DNA of 64,000 nucleotides from Octopus bimaculoides (taxonomy: Eukaryota). The stretch is from positions 10,903,652 through 10,967,651 of the forward strand of contig NC_068989.1 of assembly GCF_001194135.2 (NCBI RefSeq), given 5' to 3'. A model generated the notes under the pieces. That model did no database searches, had not been told where the DNA came from, and saw only the letters and a list, made by a program, of their open reading frames with translations. Numbering within the stretch: position 1 is the first letter of the stretch; each line of letters opens with the position of its first letter. Positions 62,131 through 64,000 of the stretch are shown here, piece after piece. The translations under genes and the position numbers were made by a program.

Positions 62131-62281
62131 TACATACATAAATATATATACATATATACATATATATTTGTATATACATATGTATACAGATATGTCTGTA
62201 TATATGAACATATACATATATGTATGAATATATATACATATACATATGTATGCATATATACATGTACATAGGTGTGTGTAT

Positions 62282-62325
<44 letters not shown>

Positions 62326-63300
62326 GTATATATACACACTCACACACACACGTACACACATATTTACATATACACGAATATATACGTATATGCTTGTGTG
62401 TGTGTGGGGGGGGGTGTATTTGTCCATATAGACTACATATATTGAAGGTTCTTTATTGACAATCGTTAGAGCGTTTCATAAAGTATATGATGATGTTTGT
62501 TCCCAGCTCTTTGGGTTGTAATTTCAAACTCTGCCGATGCCAACTTCATTTTGTCTAATGCTGGTACAGTTGCAGTTTGAATACCGTTGAAACTTAGTTT
62601 ATCTTTACAATTTCAACCTAAAAATATTTTAAAATGCGTACTATCGGAAACATTAAAATATATGTTAATTACCACACTAAACTTATTCTGTATTATTTAT
62701 TATGCCTTAGACTGCGGTAAACGTCCTGAGAACTTATCTTGTATAGACGATAAATGCTAAAAAAGTACAGATAATATCGGCTGACGACATTTTGTCAGCA
62801 CCCGCGGATGGCACTGTTGTATCATCTGATTTCACCGTACTTTGGATCATCAGTCAAACAGTGAATGCCTGTTCGAAAATCATTGAAACCGATATATTTT
62901 AACACTGGCTAAACAACCAGTGTTATTAACAGCTAACTTATACACAGCCCGCCAGCTTTCCGCTATTATCGGTGTATTAGATAGCTACCAACGAGAGAAT
63001 CAGCTTTTGGAACGAGAGATGATTTCGATGATTTCCCTGGACGTTTATCGCAGTTTAAGGCGTTATAAGCATATCCAATTTAAATTGAATGTGTTAATTA
63101 ATATTCGTTACAAAGGCTGAGCCTGTCGCTAATAGCTAATTCAAAACACGTGCATTTTATACTATCAAGCTTCATCGGCGCTTCCAGGCCATTGTATCAA
63201 CGTAATGCCTTGCAGTAATGCGCTTATTTTGAAACTCATAACAAATTAACTAATAAAATAGTATCTATGACTAAATTCACTAACATAAGAATTCCATTAT

Positions 63301-63452
63301 TTACATTATTTACATTTGACGGATATTTATCCTCATCTTGTTTGTTGTTAACACAACGTTTCGGCTGATATATAACAACAAACAAGATGAGGACAAATAT
63401 CCGTCAAATGTAAATAATGTACATAATTCCTCATCTCTTAAATATAGAACTG
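63301..63452. mobile_element. Rearranged family F copy: two 3' ends in inverted orientation
   Basis: 49-nt arms 63302-63350 and 63373-63421 with 1 mismatch. The spacer holds the 3' half of the hammerhead in antisense. Confidence 0.9.
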
Positions 63453-63641
63453 TATAAGAATTACAGCAAAAATTTCCTAGCCATTTATCCAATTCAAAGT
63501 CCCGAGATAAACAATATTCTCTGCTTTCTTTATATCAATGGCAACAATGACATTTAGAAATAAAAGGAATATGAGATTAAATACAGCTAAAGTTGCATAA
63601 AGCCTAAACAAAACAAAGGAGGGGCGAGATTGAAGGGGCGG

Positions 63642-63679
<38 letters not shown>

Positions 63680-64000
63680 ATGAAATAACAGGGTGTGATT
63701 TTATGGAGATGTGGTTGCTATTTTCATCAGAGCTAGCAACCATTTTGAAATCTCCTTCGTTGACATACGTATATACGTAACACAGTTGGGTCTGATTTCA
63801 GAGAGAATTAACTGTTATTTTTATCAGGCCTAGCAACCACGTACCAACTCCCTCGTTGTTGCATATATACGTCTGTACATAGCGGAGTATGGTGACCTCT
63901 GAGAGAGACTTTGTTGATATTTCTACCAAGTCTATCTGAAATGAAGAGAGCTCCTTCGTTGGCTCATACATGATTGTAAGCATACATAAGATATGTTGTA

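Overview
Repeat-dense, gap-rich eukaryotic DNA with no long ORF. It is most likely an intronic or intergenic stretch of an Octopus (coleoid cephalopod) draft assembly; this is an inference from the microsatellite load and the SINE types, not a database match. The long ORFs in the track are artefacts of N-gaps and microsatellites. Supported content: about 30 copies or fragments of a tRNA-derived SINE (family A, my label), several copies of at least three other SINE-like families, and decayed 3' ends of R4/Dong-like (x3), RTE-like (x2) and Penelope-like (x2) retroelements. There is also a decayed mariner, a mariner-derived MITE and a Tigger/pogo-like non-autonomous element. The most interesting signal is two short dispersed repeat families (F and G) carrying minimal type-I hammerhead-ribozyme motifs of the kind known from Penelope-like elements. 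One F copy lies beside an inverted tRNA-like head and another forms an inverted half-copy, so these may be non-autonomous, Penelope-mobilised ribozyme elements. Also notable: an 87-bp-stem hairpin, a perfect 67-nt palindrome, a SINE with a twin-priming-like inversion, and a few unidentified candidate exons or splice sites (low confidence). No rRNA, bona fide tRNA gene, CRISPR array or nameable host gene was found.
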